Positions 1-10,241 of a stretch of 64,000 nt of DNA are shown here, in pieces. Source of the stretch: Verrucomicrobiota bacterium (lineage in GTDB: Bacteria > Verrucomicrobiota > Verrucomicrobiia > Opitutales > Opitutaceae). The notes beneath the pieces were generated by a model. That model searched no databases. It saw nothing but the letters and a program-made list of their open reading frames with translations, and was not told where the DNA came from. The translations under genes were made by a program, and so were the position numbers. Position 1 is the first letter of the stretch, and every line of letters starts with the position of its first letter. The stretch spans positions 12,370-76,369 of the forward strand of contig JADKHC010000019.1 of NCBI GenBank assembly GCA_016721945.1, given 5' to 3'.

Positions 1-275
1 GCGAGGGCTTCGGCTTTGATGACTTTCGGATCGGCGTCGAAGGCTTCCTGGAGGCTGAGAGCCTGCTCCAGGCGTTTTTGCGCAGAGGCTTTGGAGTCGA
101 GCCAGGTTAACCAGCGGAAGTAGACAAATACCGTGCGGCTGATATGGCGTTTTACCGGTGGCTGAAGGTAGCGGTGGCTTTCGAAATAGAAGCGTAGTGC
201 GGTGTCCGCGCGTTGATCGGCGGAAATGGAGGCAAGAATGCGTGCGGCGTGGTTGAAGGTAAGGGAGTCGATCAT
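1..275 (-). CDS. 5' part of a CDS running off the left edge; possibly the NusB-like N-terminus of an RsmB/NOP-type RNA methyltransferase (tentative)
   Basis: My own reverse-strand translation from the ATG at 275..273 gives 91 codons with no stop up to the window edge (MIDSLTFNHAARILASISADQRADTALRFYFESH...RTVFVYFRWLTWL...). It is absent from the ORF track because it is truncated. The product guess rests only on that pattern. Confidence 0.4.
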   Translation of the reverse strand, partial: MIDSLTFNHAARILASISADQRADTALRFYFESHRYLQPPVKRHISRTVFVYFRWLTWLDSKASAQKRLEQALSLQEAFDADPKVIKAEAL

Positions 276-485
276 GGACGACTTACAGAGAGGCAGAGAG
301 CGCGGCGGGTTCAATGCCGCAATTTTGTGATTAGAGCAGTTTCAGTTAAGCTGTAACCGTTCTGGGGCTGGAGAGGGTATTGAATATGGAACTCAGGAAC
401 ACTGGAACGAACCGATTGTGTTTAAGGGCGAAGCCTCAAGATTTGTCGGCCATAGTTTTAATTTACCTGCTCTTAGGGTGCGTCT

Positions 486-2573
486 TTAGCTTGAGCTGGG
501 TGAGTGGGCCTCGGCGATGGCGGCGAAGAGTTGTTGGGGAGTGAAGGGTTTATCCAGAAACACGGGGGGATTGCCCGGCATTTCGAGGTTTTTGGGATCG
601 GCAAGGGCTTCGCTGTAACCGGACATGAGGATGACGCTGAGGGTGGGATTTTGCTCGCGGATGCTGCTGGCGAGCTTCAGGCCGCTGACGCCGTTTGGCA
701 TGACGATGTCGGTGATCAAGAGGTCAAAGGGGGCCGGGCTGTTTATCCAAAGGGAGAGCGCGGCGACGCCGTCGGGGGCCATCGCGTATTTGATGCCCCG
801 TCGGCTGAGGAGGGTGGCCAGCACGTTTTGGATCGCTGGATCATCTTCGACCATGAGCACGTTTCTCGGGAGGTGTGGGCTACTGGTCTGGTCGCTGGTG
901 TGGGCGTCGGTTGACGTTGTGGCGGGCGTGGCAGGTACGGGCAGGTAGAAGGTGAACGTGGTGCCGAGGCCGGGTTGTGAGCGCACCTGAATCCAGCCAC
1001 CGTGTTGTTTGACGATGGAATAAACCGTGGCGAGGCCCAGACCGGTGCCTTTGCCCGATTCTTTGGTGGTAAAGAATGGTTCGAAAACGCGGGGCAAGAT
1101 GTCCGCAGGAATGCCGGTACCGGTGTCGCAGACGTTGATTTCGATGTATTGACCGGGGGTCGCGTCGGGGTGTTGTGCGGCGGTGTTGATTATTTCGCAG
1201 GGCTTGGCTTGGACCGTGATCTTGCCGCCGTCGGGCATGGCATCGCGGGAATTAACGATCAGGTTGACGATGATCTGTTCGAGATTACCTGCATCGGCGA
1301 CGATGAGGGGGAGCTGTTTGGGGATGTCCCACTCGATGGCGATGTTGGCACTGATGAGTCGGCTGAGCAGTGAGCGGAGGCCGTCGAAGATAGTGCAAAG
1401 ATCGAGGGTTTGTGGATGGGCGACTTCCTTGCGGCTGAAGATGAGCAACTGTCTGATCAGACTCGCGGCGCGCATGGTGGCGGTCTGCACGGGTTCGAGC
1501 ATGGCCCTGGTTTGCTGGTCGGAGCGGTCGAGCAGGAGTTCCGAGGTGTAGCTCTGGATGACGGTTAGCAGATTATTGAAGTCGTGGGCGATGCCGGCGG
1601 TGAGTTGACCCACAGCTTCGAGTTTTTGGGACTGACGGAGTTTTTGTTCCGTCTCGAGTTGTTCGGTGACGTCGCGGAGAACGATGATGGCGCAGGAATG
1701 TATGGTGAAGGGAATGGCGCGGGCGGAGAACCGCATGTGGCGTTCCTGGCCGTGGACGTTCTGGGAAACGAAGGGATGTTCGTCGATGGGCTGACCGGAG
1801 CGGAGATGCTTGGCCAAACCGGTCCATCCAGAGGCATCGAGCGAAGGGCAGATGGTTAAGGGTGTTAGAGCGGTGAGGTCGCAGCGGCTGACGCCGTACT
1901 GTTTTTCGAGAGCCGTGTTGATGCTAAGAAAGCAGGCGTCTTCGAGGTCGACGATGGCCTGGGGCAGCGGGCTGGCATTGAAAGCTTCGGTGAAACGTTC
2001 CTCTGCTTCGCTTAGCTGGTAGGTTCGGCGGGCGACAAGTTCGTCGAGTTGACGAACGTTCGCGGCGTTGTCGCGGGCGAGTTGCCACTTGCGCGAGAGC
2101 GAATGAGCGAGTTGAAGGGCTTCGATATGGTCGAAGGGTTTTTTTAGAATGAGAAGGTTGTCGGAGTAGCCAAGGCGTTCGGAGATGGCGGACCAGCTGT
2201 GATCGGAGTAGGCGGTGCAGATGACGATCTGGAGTTGCGGGTCGGCGCCCCAGAGGTGGCGGATGGTTTCGAGGCCGTCCCAGCCGGGAGGGATGCGCAT
2301 GTCGACAAAGGCGACAGCGTAGGGGCGGCTCTCGGTGAGAGCGTCGATGACCCGTTCGAGGCCTTCTTCGCCTTGCATGGCGGAATCAACCGTGAACCGT
2401 ATTGGTGCTGGCGGTAAGTTCGTTTTCCCGAAGATCGCGCTGGCAAGGCTTTGGACGCGTGCGTTGCTCTCGGCCGGGTCGGTGCTGGGGTTTAGGATTT
2501 TCCTGAAATCTTCGTGGATCGAGGGAGTGTCGTCGATGACGAGGATACGGTAGGTGGAGGTGGGTTTGTTCAT
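486..2573 (-). CDS. Soluble hybrid sensor histidine kinase / response regulator (REC-PAS-HisKA-HATPase_c-REC)
   Basis: 695-aa ORF. N-terminal receiver ([27 protein letters not shown]), H-box [10 protein letters not shown], ATPase boxes DTGTGI and [10 protein letters not shown]-terminal receiver [14 protein letters not shown]. No TM segment. ATGA start/stop overlap with the upstream gene at 2570-2573. Confidence 0.9.
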   Translation of the reverse strand: MNKPTSTYRILVIDDTPSIHEDFRKILNPSTDPAESNARVQSLASAIFGKTNLPPAPIRFTVDSAMQGEEGLERVIDALTESRPYAVAFVDMRIPPGWDGLETIRHLWGADPQLQIVICTAYSDHSWSAISERLGYSDNLLILKKPFDHIEALQLAHSLSRKWQLARDNAANVRQLDELVARRTYQLSEAEERFTEAFNASPLPQAIVDLEDACFLSINTALEKQYGVSRCDLTALTPLTICPSLDASGWTGLAKHLRSGQPIDEHPFVSQNVHGQERHMRFSARAIPFTIHSCAIIVLRDVTEQLETEQKLRQSQKLEAVGQLTAGIAHDFNNLLTVIQSYTSELLLDRSDQQTRAMLEPVQTATMRAASLIRQLLIFSRKEVAHPQTLDLCTIFDGLRSLLSRLISANIAIEWDIPKQLPLIVADAGNLEQIIVNLIVNSRDAMPDGGKITVQAKPCEIINTAAQHPDATPGQYIEINVCDTGTGIPADILPRVFEPFFTTKESGKGTGLGLATVYSIVKQHGGWIQVRSQPGLGTTFTFYLPVPATPATTSTDAHTSDQTSSPHLPRNVLMVEDDPAIQNVLATLLSRRGIKYAMAPDGVAALSLWINSPAPFDLLITDIVMPNGVSGLKLASSIREQNPTLSVILMSGYSEALADPKNLEMPGNPPVFLDKPFTPQQLFAAIAEAHSPSSS

Positions 2574-4294
2574 GGGGAGGCCATGTTCCCTGAGTTTATG
2601 TTTCGCTGTAGAATCTGACGCAGCGTTTCCGGGCTGAAGGGCTTGGTAAGATAATCATCCATGCCTGCGGCGAGACAGATCTCGCGGTCGTGGATGCCTG
2701 CGGTCAGGGCCACAACGGGCAGGTGACGGCGCTGGGTTGCTTTTTCGCGCAGGCGGATCTGCCGGGCGGTGTCGATGCCGTTAAGCACGGGCATGTCGCA
2801 ATCCATTAGGACGAGATCGTAGTTGTGGCGTTCGATGAGGTCGAGGACCTCCTGACCATTTTTCACGGCATCGACCTGGATGTTGAGGCGTTTGAGATGT
2901 TGAAGAACGACGCGTTGGTTAACGATATTGTCTTCGGCCACAAGGATGCGGGTCGTGGCTGCAAGGGGGGCCGGTGCGGAGTTTGAGGCGGCGTTTTGGG
3001 CTTGTGAGTTGGTTTTAGTGGCGTAGGCGAATTCGAGAACGACGAGAAAGGTCGTGCCTTGTCCGGGTTGGCTTTCGACGAAGATGGTGCCATTCATGCG
3101 GTCGACGAGGCTTTGGCAGATGGCGAGCCCCAGGCCGGTGCCGCCGTATTGACGGGTGCTGGAGCCGTCGAGTTGGGCGAAGGACTGGAAGAGCCGTGGC
3201 TGATCCTCCGCAGCGATGCCGATGCCTGTGTCGCGCACACTGAATTCCAATCGCAGTCCGGTGGGTTTGGCTTCAAGCAGGCGCGCGTGGAGGCCAACCT
3301 CGCCCGTGGTGGTGAACTTAATGGCGTTGTCGACGAGGTTAAAAAGGATTTGCCGGAGGCGGACGGGATCGCCGATGAGCGGGCCTTTGATGGCAGGATC
3401 GATACTGGAGGCGAACGCCAGTTTCTTTTCGCCCGCTTTAGGAGCGAGGATTTGTTCGACACTCGCGATAACCACTGCGGGATCGAACGGCGTTTCTTCA
3501 ATATTGAGCATGCCGCTCTCGATCTTGGAGATGTCGAGAATATCGTTGAGGACGATGCGGAGGTGGTCGCCGCTGGTGGCGATGGCTTGGGCATTATTTC
3601 GCTGCGCAGGGGAGAGATCGGAGTCGAGCAGGAGGGAAGCCATGCCTAGGACGCCGTTGAGCGGCGTGTAGATTTCGTGGCTTATCGTGGCCAAGAAAAT
3701 GTTCTTAGCGCGGTTTGAGTGTTCGGCTGCTTCTTTGGCGCGCTGTAGTTCGGCGGTGCGGATTGCGACCATGGCTTCGAGTTGGTCGAGTCTGAGCGCG
3801 GCGGCGGCGGTGAGGCGCCATTTTTCCGAGAGCGCCTGGGTGAGTTGTAGGACCTCGATTTCGTCGAACGGTTTTTTGAGGATGATCAGTTTGTCGGAGG
3901 GGCCTAACCGTTTTGAAATGGCGGGCCAGCCGTGATCCGAAAAGGCGGTGCAGATGACGACCTGCAAGTGCGGGTCTGCCTCCCAGAGACGGGGGATGGT
4001 ATCGAGGCCATCCCAACCGGGTGGCATGCGCATATCGACAAAGGCCACGGTGAATGGCTGGCCGGCGTCGACGGCGTTGCGCACGAGTTCGACGCCCTCT
4101 TGTCCTTGGAAAGCGAAGTCGAGGCGGACTTCGGGTTTGACCGTCAACTGGCCGCGGGAATCGAAAATGGCTGCGGCGAGGTCGTCGATGCGGGCGCTGT
4201 TTGCGGCAGCGAGCGGAGGAGCAAAAATCTTCCTGAAATCCTCGTGGATGGCCGGAGTGTCGTCGATGACGAGGATGCGTGGCACCGGGGTCAT
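2570..4294 (-). CDS. Soluble hybrid sensor histidine kinase / response regulator (REC-coiled coil-HisKA-HATPase_c-REC)
   Basis: 574-aa [18 protein letters not shown] and [13 protein letters not shown]-box [27 protein letters not shown]-terminal receiver [13 protein letters not shown]. 4-nt overlaps at both ends. Confidence 0.9.
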   Translation of the reverse strand: MTPVPRILVIDDTPAIHEDFRKIFAPPLAAANSARIDDLAAAIFDSRGQLTVKPEVRLDFAFQGQEGVELVRNAVDAGQPFTVAFVDMRMPPGWDGLDTIPRLWEADPHLQVVICTAFSDHGWPAISKRLGPSDKLIILKKPFDEIEVLQLTQALSEKWRLTAAAALRLDQLEAMVAIRTAELQRAKEAAEHSNRAKNIFLATISHEIYTPLNGVLGMASLLLDSDLSPAQRNNAQAIATSGDHLRIVLNDILDISKIESGMLNIEETPFDPAVVIASVEQILAPKAGEKKLAFASSIDPAIKGPLIGDPVRLRQILFNLVDNAIKFTTTGEVGLHARLLEAKPTGLRLEFSVRDTGIGIAAEDQPRLFQSFAQLDGSSTRQYGGTGLGLAICQSLVDRMNGTIFVESQPGQGTTFLVVLEFAYATKTNSQAQNAASNSAPAPLAATTRILVAEDNIVNQRVVLQHLKRLNIQVDAVKNGQEVLDLIERHNYDLVLMDCDMPVLNGIDTARQIRLREKATQRRHLPVVALTAGIHDREICLAAGMDDYLTKPFSPETLRQILQRNINSGNMASP

Positions 4295-5997
4295 GGCGTT
4301 TCCTTTTGGATCTGTGGGTTGTCTATGGGCGCTGCGGCTGGCAGGATGAGCGTGAAGCTCGCACCGAGGCCGGGGCCTTTACTGTCGACCATGAGTTGTC
4401 CGCCCAGAGCTCGTGCGGCGAGTGCGCCTGAGTGCAGGCCGAAGCCGTGGCCATCTTTGCGAGTGGTGAAGCCGTGGCGGAAGATTTTCTGCCGGTTTTC
4501 CGAGGAGATGCCGATGCCGTTGTCTTCAACCGTGAATTTCACCTGGCCGTCGGCGGCGCTCAAGCGAAGGGAGATATGGCCTTCACCTGGTTCGAGTGGC
4601 TTCACCGCCTGAATGGCGTTGGTCACGAAATTTATCAGGATTTGAAGGACTTGGTGACGGTCGGTGTGCAGCACTGGAACTTCGTCGAAATGGCGGGTGA
4701 CCTGGACCTGGTGCCGGGCGAGCGACGCCTGGGTCATGCGCAGGGTTTCCTCAAAAAGTGCGGCGGGGGCGACGTTTTGGATGACGCCGCCGGACTTGGC
4801 GTAGCTTTGCTGCGTCGCGACGATCTGCTTAATGTGATCGACGTTTTGCACGAGCTGGCCGAGTTCGGCGACCACGGCAGATTGGTCGGTTGGGAGTTGT
4901 TCGGCAATTTCCATCAACAGTGCCGGGACGAGCTGCCCACGCGGATCGCTGGCGAGGAATTGCGGGAGTTTTTCGCCCTGAGCGCGCATGAGTCCGCCAA
5001 CCTGCTTGAGGAGCGCGAGCCGGGGCGAGCCTGCCAGGGAGTTTTGCACCAGGTTGGCAGAGATGTTTACGGAGTTCAGAACGTTGCCGACGTTGTGAAG
5101 GACGCCGGTTGCCACCTCGGCCATGCCTGCCTCGCGGGAAAGCTGCATGAGACGGCGCTGCGCCTCGGCTAGTTCGCGATGGGCGAGCTCGCGGGCGGCG
5201 ATCTGGTCCTGCAGGGCGCGCGTGCGCTCTTGCACGCGTTGTTCAAGCGTTTCGTTGGCTTCTTTCAAAGTGCTGTCGCGGCGGAGCAGGGCCTCGGTCA
5301 TGGTGTTGACCGAGCTGGCCAGTTGGCCCAATTCATCAGTTCGGCCCGTGGGGGCGCGGGCGGAGAGGTCGCCCGCAGCGATTTTGCCGACGGTGTCTTG
5401 AAGGTTGATAATGGGCCGAACCAGATACTTGGCGTAAAGAATCATCGCTCCCAGGCTTAGCATGGTAAAGAAGAGGGCGAGTAGGCCGGTGCGGAAGTAG
5501 ACGCTGCGCACGCTTTGGTCATAGGTCTCAAGCGAGAGGCCGACATGAATCCAGCCCCAACTGATGCCCGAGTAGTTGAATGGTTCGGAAAAGTTGTAGG
5601 TTGGTTGTTGAAACAATGGCATCACGGCCATGTTGCTGCGGGGCTTGCGATCGGACGGGAGCCAGACATCGGTAAGCGCAAGGCTCCGCCAGCCACTACG
5701 CTCGTGAATGAGCGAGAAGCCGTCATTGCGGGTGAGGATGATGTACTTGATGGAGCGGTCGGCCTTGAGCATCTCCATGCATTGGTCCACGACGCTGCTG
5801 TAATCTTCGTTGACGACGGCGGCCGCAGTGATGTTGCGCAGGGAAACGGCGACACTATAGGCTTTCGATCCCAGGTTGGCCTGGAAGATTCGTTTTTGCT
5901 CGGGGATGATCGCCAGAGCAAAAGTGACCACCGTCATCGTGGTGATGAGCCAGGCAAGGAGTGCGGTCCGCCAAGTGATTTTTTCCCACCAGATCAT
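4291..5997 (-). CDS. Membrane sensor histidine kinase with a periplasmic loop and HAMP domain
   Basis: 568-aa ORF. Two hydrophobic segments (about residues 10-32 and 170-190) flank a ~135-aa loop. HAMP-like [18 protein letters not shown], coiled coil, H-box-like [25 protein letters not shown]. Confidence 0.85.
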   Translation of the reverse strand: MIWWEKITWRTALLAWLITTMTVVTFALAIIPEQKRIFQANLGSKAYSVAVSLRNITAAAVVNEDYSSVVDQCMEMLKADRSIKYIILTRNDGFSLIHERSGWRSLALTDVWLPSDRKPRSNMAVMPLFQQPTYNFSEPFNYSGISWGWIHVGLSLETYDQSVRSVYFRTGLLALFFTMLSLGAMILYAKYLVRPIINLQDTVGKIAAGDLSARAPTGRTDELGQLASSVNTMTEALLRRDSTLKEANETLEQRVQERTRALQDQIAARELAHRELAEAQRRLMQLSREAGMAEVATGVLHNVGNVLNSVNISANLVQNSLAGSPRLALLKQVGGLMRAQGEKLPQFLASDPRGQLVPALLMEIAEQLPTDQSAVVAELGQLVQNVDHIKQIVATQQSYAKSGGVIQNVAPAALFEETLRMTQASLARHQVQVTRHFDEVPVLHTDRHQVLQILINFVTNAIQAVKPLEPGEGHISLRLSAADGQVKFTVEDNGIGISSENRQKIFRHGFTTRKDGHGFGLHSGALAARALGGQLMVDSKGPGLGASFTLILPAAAPIDNPQIQKETP

Positions 5998-6024
5998 ACT
6001 TGTTAGATGTTTTTGGTAGATCGG

Positions 6025-6987
6025 TTATTGGACAGTGTCGACGGTTTTCGCGGACGGGTGGCGGAGCCGGGCTTGGGTCGCGATGAGCTCACGAACGCTT
6101 TCGATTTGTTCGGTACGGATTTCGGCGATCCCATCGCTTTGAAAGATGGTGAGAACCTGCTGGCCGGCGACGGTGTGTTGTGCGCTCACGACGGCATGGA
6201 TGATGCGTTCAAGGGCGCGGGGCGAGATGCCCGCGCGAAAGCAGGTCACCGTGGGGATGAGTTGGGGTGAGGTTGCTATAATTTTCATCTGCTTCGTAAC
6301 CTGCGGATTCATCTCACTCAGCACCTCAAAACCCGTTCGGGTGACGATGCAGGCGTCAGCCTGTTGGAAGAAGACGGGGAGTACGGTTCGGGAGGGTTTG
6401 TTGACCGGAGTTACACTGCCGAAAAAATCTTTTGCTTCAGCGAAACCATTGGTTGCGAGCAGGACATCGAGCCAAATCGGTGAGAGCGAACCGCGCAGGC
6501 TGCCGTAGATCAGGAGGCGTTTATTTTGCAGGTCGGCAATGGTTTTTATCCCGGAGTCGTTGCGCGCCAGCAGTACGTATTGTTCGAAGTAGGTCCCTCC
6601 GACAGCGGCGGAAATCATGCGCGGGTGGACCAAACCGTCGGGAAGAGACAAGAATTCGGTGGATGTGAGCGAAATGATGTCGGCCGTGCCACTCGTGAAG
6701 GCAGCGGCCACAGCGGCTGCGTTTTCCAGCACGCCGGGCGAATCGGAGACGGCGAGGTCGTCTTTGGATGCGAGCAGGATCGAGTAGCTTTTGACCGCGG
6801 CGCGGGTGTCGCCTTCGTTAAGGTCGACGAACATCGAGCGTGTGAAGCCGAACTTCACCGGTAATTCGCGGCTATCGGAGTTCGTCTCGGTCGCAAAACC
6901 CGACCAAGAAACCAGCATCGTCAGCAACGCCAGGATCACAGTCCGTGTGCTTTGGTGGAATCGCGAAATGGGCAAGGCGTGAATCAT
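6025..6987 (-). CDS. PhnD-like (phosphonate-bd, type 2) periplasmic substrate-binding protein
   Basis: 320-aa ORF with an N-terminal signal/anchor. The pattern ...YVLLARNDSGIKTIADLQNKRLLIYGSLRGSLSPIWLDVLL...VFFQQADACIVT matches PF12974-type binding proteins by eye. 4-nt overlap with the upstream paralog. Confidence 0.7.
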   Translation of the reverse strand: MIHALPISRFHQSTRTVILALLTMLVSWSGFATETNSDSRELPVKFGFTRSMFVDLNEGDTRAAVKSYSILLASKDDLAVSDSPGVLENAAAVAAAFTSGTADIISLTSTEFLSLPDGLVHPRMISAAVGGTYFEQYVLLARNDSGIKTIADLQNKRLLIYGSLRGSLSPIWLDVLLATNGFAEAKDFFGSVTPVNKPSRTVLPVFFQQADACIVTRTGFEVLSEMNPQVTKQMKIIATSPQLIPTVTCFRAGISPRALERIIHAVVSAQHTVAGQQVLTIFQSDGIAEIRTEQIESVRELIATQARLRHPSAKTVDTVQ

Positions 6988-7991
6988 GGGGCCTCGGTGT
7001 CTGGCTTGCTGGGTTGCTGAAGTGGTGCGTGATCACTACCGTTGGCGGTAGTGAAAAGTTTGGCATGCTCGTCGAGTAATGCGAGCGACGAAGCTGTGAT
7101 CGAGAACGGGTGTTCGATGATTTGCTGCGTCTGGATGATCATCATGCCTTGTTGTCCGTAGGTTGAGGTGTGCATGAGGCCGCATTCTCTTATCACGGCT
7201 TGTTTGGTTGTGGCAGAAAAGTCGGAGCGAAAAGCCATGATTAGTGGAACGTAGGTGGGTGAACTGGCGATGATGCGCAATTCGCGTCCGATCTGCGGAT
7301 TCATCTCGATCACGGTGTCAAAGCTGCGGCGTGTGACCAGGCATGCATCTACCTGACCAAAGAACACAGGCAGAACGGTCTTGAGCGCTTTGTCCGGTGT
7401 TGTGACCGAGCTGAAGAAATTAGCGGTAGCAGGTAGATTAGCTTTGGAAAGCTCGACATCGAGCCAAGGTCGGGCGAGGCAGGTGCGTGAACCACTGTGA
7501 ATGAGAATTTTTTTGCCCTTGAGATCCTGTAAGGACTGGATGGGGCTGCGCTTGGCGACAATCAGGAGATAGGATTCCTCAGGGCTGCCTTGGCTGCAGG
7601 GGAAAACATAGCGGTCGAAGGATGTTTTTACGCGTAGTGCCCAAAACTCTGTCATGGTCACTCCGAGGGCATCGATCGCTTTGGTGCGCAGCGCTTCTTC
7701 TGCCTCGGCTAGGGTTTGTGTGATCACGGGATCGGGGTCGGCCGGGATGTCTTTTTCCCGAGAAATGGCGGCGGTGATGGTGCGTACTGCGGCGCGGGCC
7801 TCGGATACGTTCAAGCCGCTAAGCAGCTGGATACTGAAACCCAGGCGCAAGGGTCTATTTACTGGTTCGGTAACGGTAGTCTCGGCTCGCAGCGTCAGCA
7901 TGCCCAGCAGCAGTCCGGTCGCCAGATTTTGGAGCAGGCGTATAGTTCGATTGGCGCGTGGAGCTCGTGGCGATCGTAGGGCGGCATTCAT
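6984..7991 (-). CDS. PhnD-like periplasmic substrate-binding protein (paralog of 6025-6987)
   Basis: 335-aa ORF with a signal/anchor (LLLGMLTLRAET). Same architecture as its neighbour: YLLIVAKRSPIQSLQDLKGKKILIHSGSRTCLARPWLDVEL...VFFGQVDACLVT. Confidence 0.7.
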   Translation of the reverse strand: MNAALRSPRAPRANRTIRLLQNLATGLLLGMLTLRAETTVTEPVNRPLRLGFSIQLLSGLNVSEARAAVRTITAAISREKDIPADPDPVITQTLAEAEEALRTKAIDALGVTMTEFWALRVKTSFDRYVFPCSQGSPEESYLLIVAKRSPIQSLQDLKGKKILIHSGSRTCLARPWLDVELSKANLPATANFFSSVTTPDKALKTVLPVFFGQVDACLVTRRSFDTVIEMNPQIGRELRIIASSPTYVPLIMAFRSDFSATTKQAVIRECGLMHTSTYGQQGMMIIQTQQIIEHPFSITASSLALLDEHAKLFTTANGSDHAPLQQPSKPDTEAP

Positions 7992-8217
7992 GGCGCAACG
8001 CAGTCGGGTTTTACCGGTATACGCAGGGCTGCGAGCCGGAGTTGGTACTGGGCCGCACAGCTTCGGGCGTATTCATCGAGCATGGCGAGTGCTTTGATTG
8101 AGGCCCGGCATGGGGCCAACATGACCAGCACGAGGATGCTAGCTACAGACACTGGACGCCGACCGGCGGAAGCGCGGACGAGGTTCGGCAAATATAGATA
8201 TGAGTTGCGGGGCACGA

Positions 8218-9798
8218 TTAACGCACGCCTTCGATCTGGCGTGAGAGCTCCCTGCCGATCACGAGGGTGAGTTGTGACTGGATGGCTGCGTGATCGTATT
8301 GATTTTTGTAATACTGGGCACACATCATGGCTTCCATCAGCTGGGCACGGATGACTTTATCGGTTTCAACCAGTTCGTTTTGATAGGCTCGGATATTGAG
8401 GTCACGGTTTTCGATCGCGGCGTTCATGGCGGCGAGTGTGGCGTCGTGGGCTTTACGGGCTGCGTCGAGTCCGAGAAAGAGATCCTTGATCTGGAGGCCG
8501 AGGCCTTCACGCAGGAGGAATCGCTGTTCTTTGAGTTGGTTTAGCCGGGCTCTGGCTTCGGCTACTTTGTTGCGAGTGAGAAAGCCGTCGAAGAGAGGCA
8601 ACTCCATGCCGAGACCTATGCCCCAGCCTTCTTTGTTGATATCGGTGGCCATGCCGGCGTCGTAGCCGTTCCACCATTTGTGCAAATTACCGGTAAGCGC
8701 TAGTTTCGGTGAGTGGCCGCTGCGCGCGGTTTGCACGGCACCTTCGCGTGCGCTCAGACCGGCTTCGAGGCGTTTCCAGTCGGGGCTGAATTCGTAGGCG
8801 TTGCCGACGAGGGCGGGCAGGTCGGACGTGAGCGGCGTGTAAGGGATTTCGTTGTCCTTGGGCGTGACGCTGTTTTGCCAGGGGAGACCGGCGGTGTTGG
8901 CGAGTGCGGCGCGGGCCATGGCCTCGTTTTTTTCAAGTTGGGCCACGAGCGCGCGGATGGTTTCCACCATGACTTTGTTGTCGAGGTAGTCGGCCTTGGT
9001 TACTTTGCCGCCGCCACCTTGGTACATTGTCTCGGTTAGGTTGAGCGTGGCTTCCATGCGGGCGAGTGTATCGGCCCCAAGTTGGCGAAGTTGGCGGGCG
9101 AGGATCGAACCGTAGTACATCCGTCGGACGCTGTCGGCGATCTCAAGATCGGTGCGGCGAGCCTCTTGTTTCATCGCCTCGACATAGCCCGTGGCCTGTC
9201 GATTGAGGCCCTTGCGCATGCCGCCGTCGTAAAGCAACCAGGTGAGATTGATCGAGCCCACGAACGAATCCGGGTTCATCAGTTTCACGTCTTGCGCGGG
9301 TACGTGAAATTCTTGCGCGGAGGTGGTTATGCTCTGACTCGGCACGCTGACCGGGAGTTGCACAGCGGTTGGTCCGAGGACACCGGCGGGTACCGTGATC
9401 ATCGCGGTGGAGGCGGGTGTCGTGATGGTCTGTGCGGGCACACCCATGGCCGTCGATGGGAAAAGAAAATTCGGGGCCTCATCCATGCGCTGATAACCCG
9501 CCTGGAGTTTCAACTGTGGCCAGTAGCCGGACAGCGCCTGCTGGTGTTGTGCTTCCGCGACGGCTACCGCGAACTGTGAGGCGGGCCGCCGGTGGTTGTT
9601 CTGCAAGGCCATGGCCAAGCACTCGTCGAGCGTCAGCACCCGGTCGCCGTCCAGGGCAGGTTCGGTATTAGCGGTTTTAGTTGTTTCGACGCCTCGTGCC
9701 AGCGCGGCACAAAAAACGAACAGGACAATAGCGCTAAGTAGCGTTTGGCGTCTGGAGGTTCTCCGGAGTTGGGGATGTTTCATCGTGGTTTGCGTCAA
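8218..9798 (-). CDS. TolC/OprM-family outer-membrane channel protein
   Basis: 526-aa ORF. Signal peptide (LLSAIVLFVFCAALARG), then LTLDECLAMALQNN and long coiled-coil/OEP repeat patterns typical of outer membrane factors. Confidence 0.8.
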   Translation of the reverse strand: MTQTTMKHPQLRRTSRRQTLLSAIVLFVFCAALARGVETTKTANTEPALDGDRVLTLDECLAMALQNNHRRPASQFAVAVAEAQHQQALSGYWPQLKLQAGYQRMDEAPNFLFPSTAMGVPAQTITTPASTAMITVPAGVLGPTAVQLPVSVPSQSITTSAQEFHVPAQDVKLMNPDSFVGSINLTWLLYDGGMRKGLNRQATGYVEAMKQEARRTDLEIADSVRRMYYGSILARQLRQLGADTLARMEATLNLTETMYQGGGGKVTKADYLDNKVMVETIRALVAQLEKNEAMARAALANTAGLPWQNSVTPKDNEIPYTPLTSDLPALVGNAYEFSPDWKRLEAGLSAREGAVQTARSGHSPKLALTGNLHKWWNGYDAGMATDINKEGWGIGLGMELPLFDGFLTRNKVAEARARLNQLKEQRFLLREGLGLQIKDLFLGLDAARKAHDATLAAMNAAIENRDLNIRAYQNELVETDKVIRAQLMEAMMCAQYYKNQYDHAAIQSQLTLVIGRELSRQIEGVR

Positions 9799-9868
9799 AC
9801 GGCGTCATCCTTCGGTACTGGTCAGGATGAACAGTTCAGGGAGTTTATATAATGAGTGCGGCGTGGAG

Positions 9869-9955
9869 GGTAGGGACGGCCAGCCTTGGCCGTCCGGTTG
9901 GATGTGTGCTGGTTGTGAGCTACGCTTACGGACGACCCGGCGGGTCGTCCCTACC
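9869..9955. repeat. Palindromic intergenic element with GGTAGGGA...TCCCTACC termini and two internal GC hairpins
   Basis: Terminal inverted repeat ggtagggacg / cgtccctacc. Hairpins ggacggcca-gcct-tggccgtcc (9874-9895) and ggacgaccc-ggc-gggtcgtcc (9930-9950). Same architecture as the element at 44941-45011. Confidence 0.75.
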
Positions 9956-10241
9956 TTTGGCTATTTTGATAGGTTTGAGTGAGAAATGGCATCAGACCCC
10001 GTGTTTTTGCGTAACGCATGAATTGAAGGCGTTATGCAAAGGCACCGAGACTGGCTGCGTAATGGGAGGTTCAGACGTGGTTACTATCGTCACACCGAGA
10101 GGTTGCCTTGAGGGCAGAAGCCCCGGGAATAACCCTAAGTTCCCGTTAGGGCATTGCGCTTTTCATGCTGACCGGCCCGAGTCTAATTCTGCCGGATATC
10201 GTTGTCCAGCAGATGGAAATACTAATCGGCCAATACTCAGC

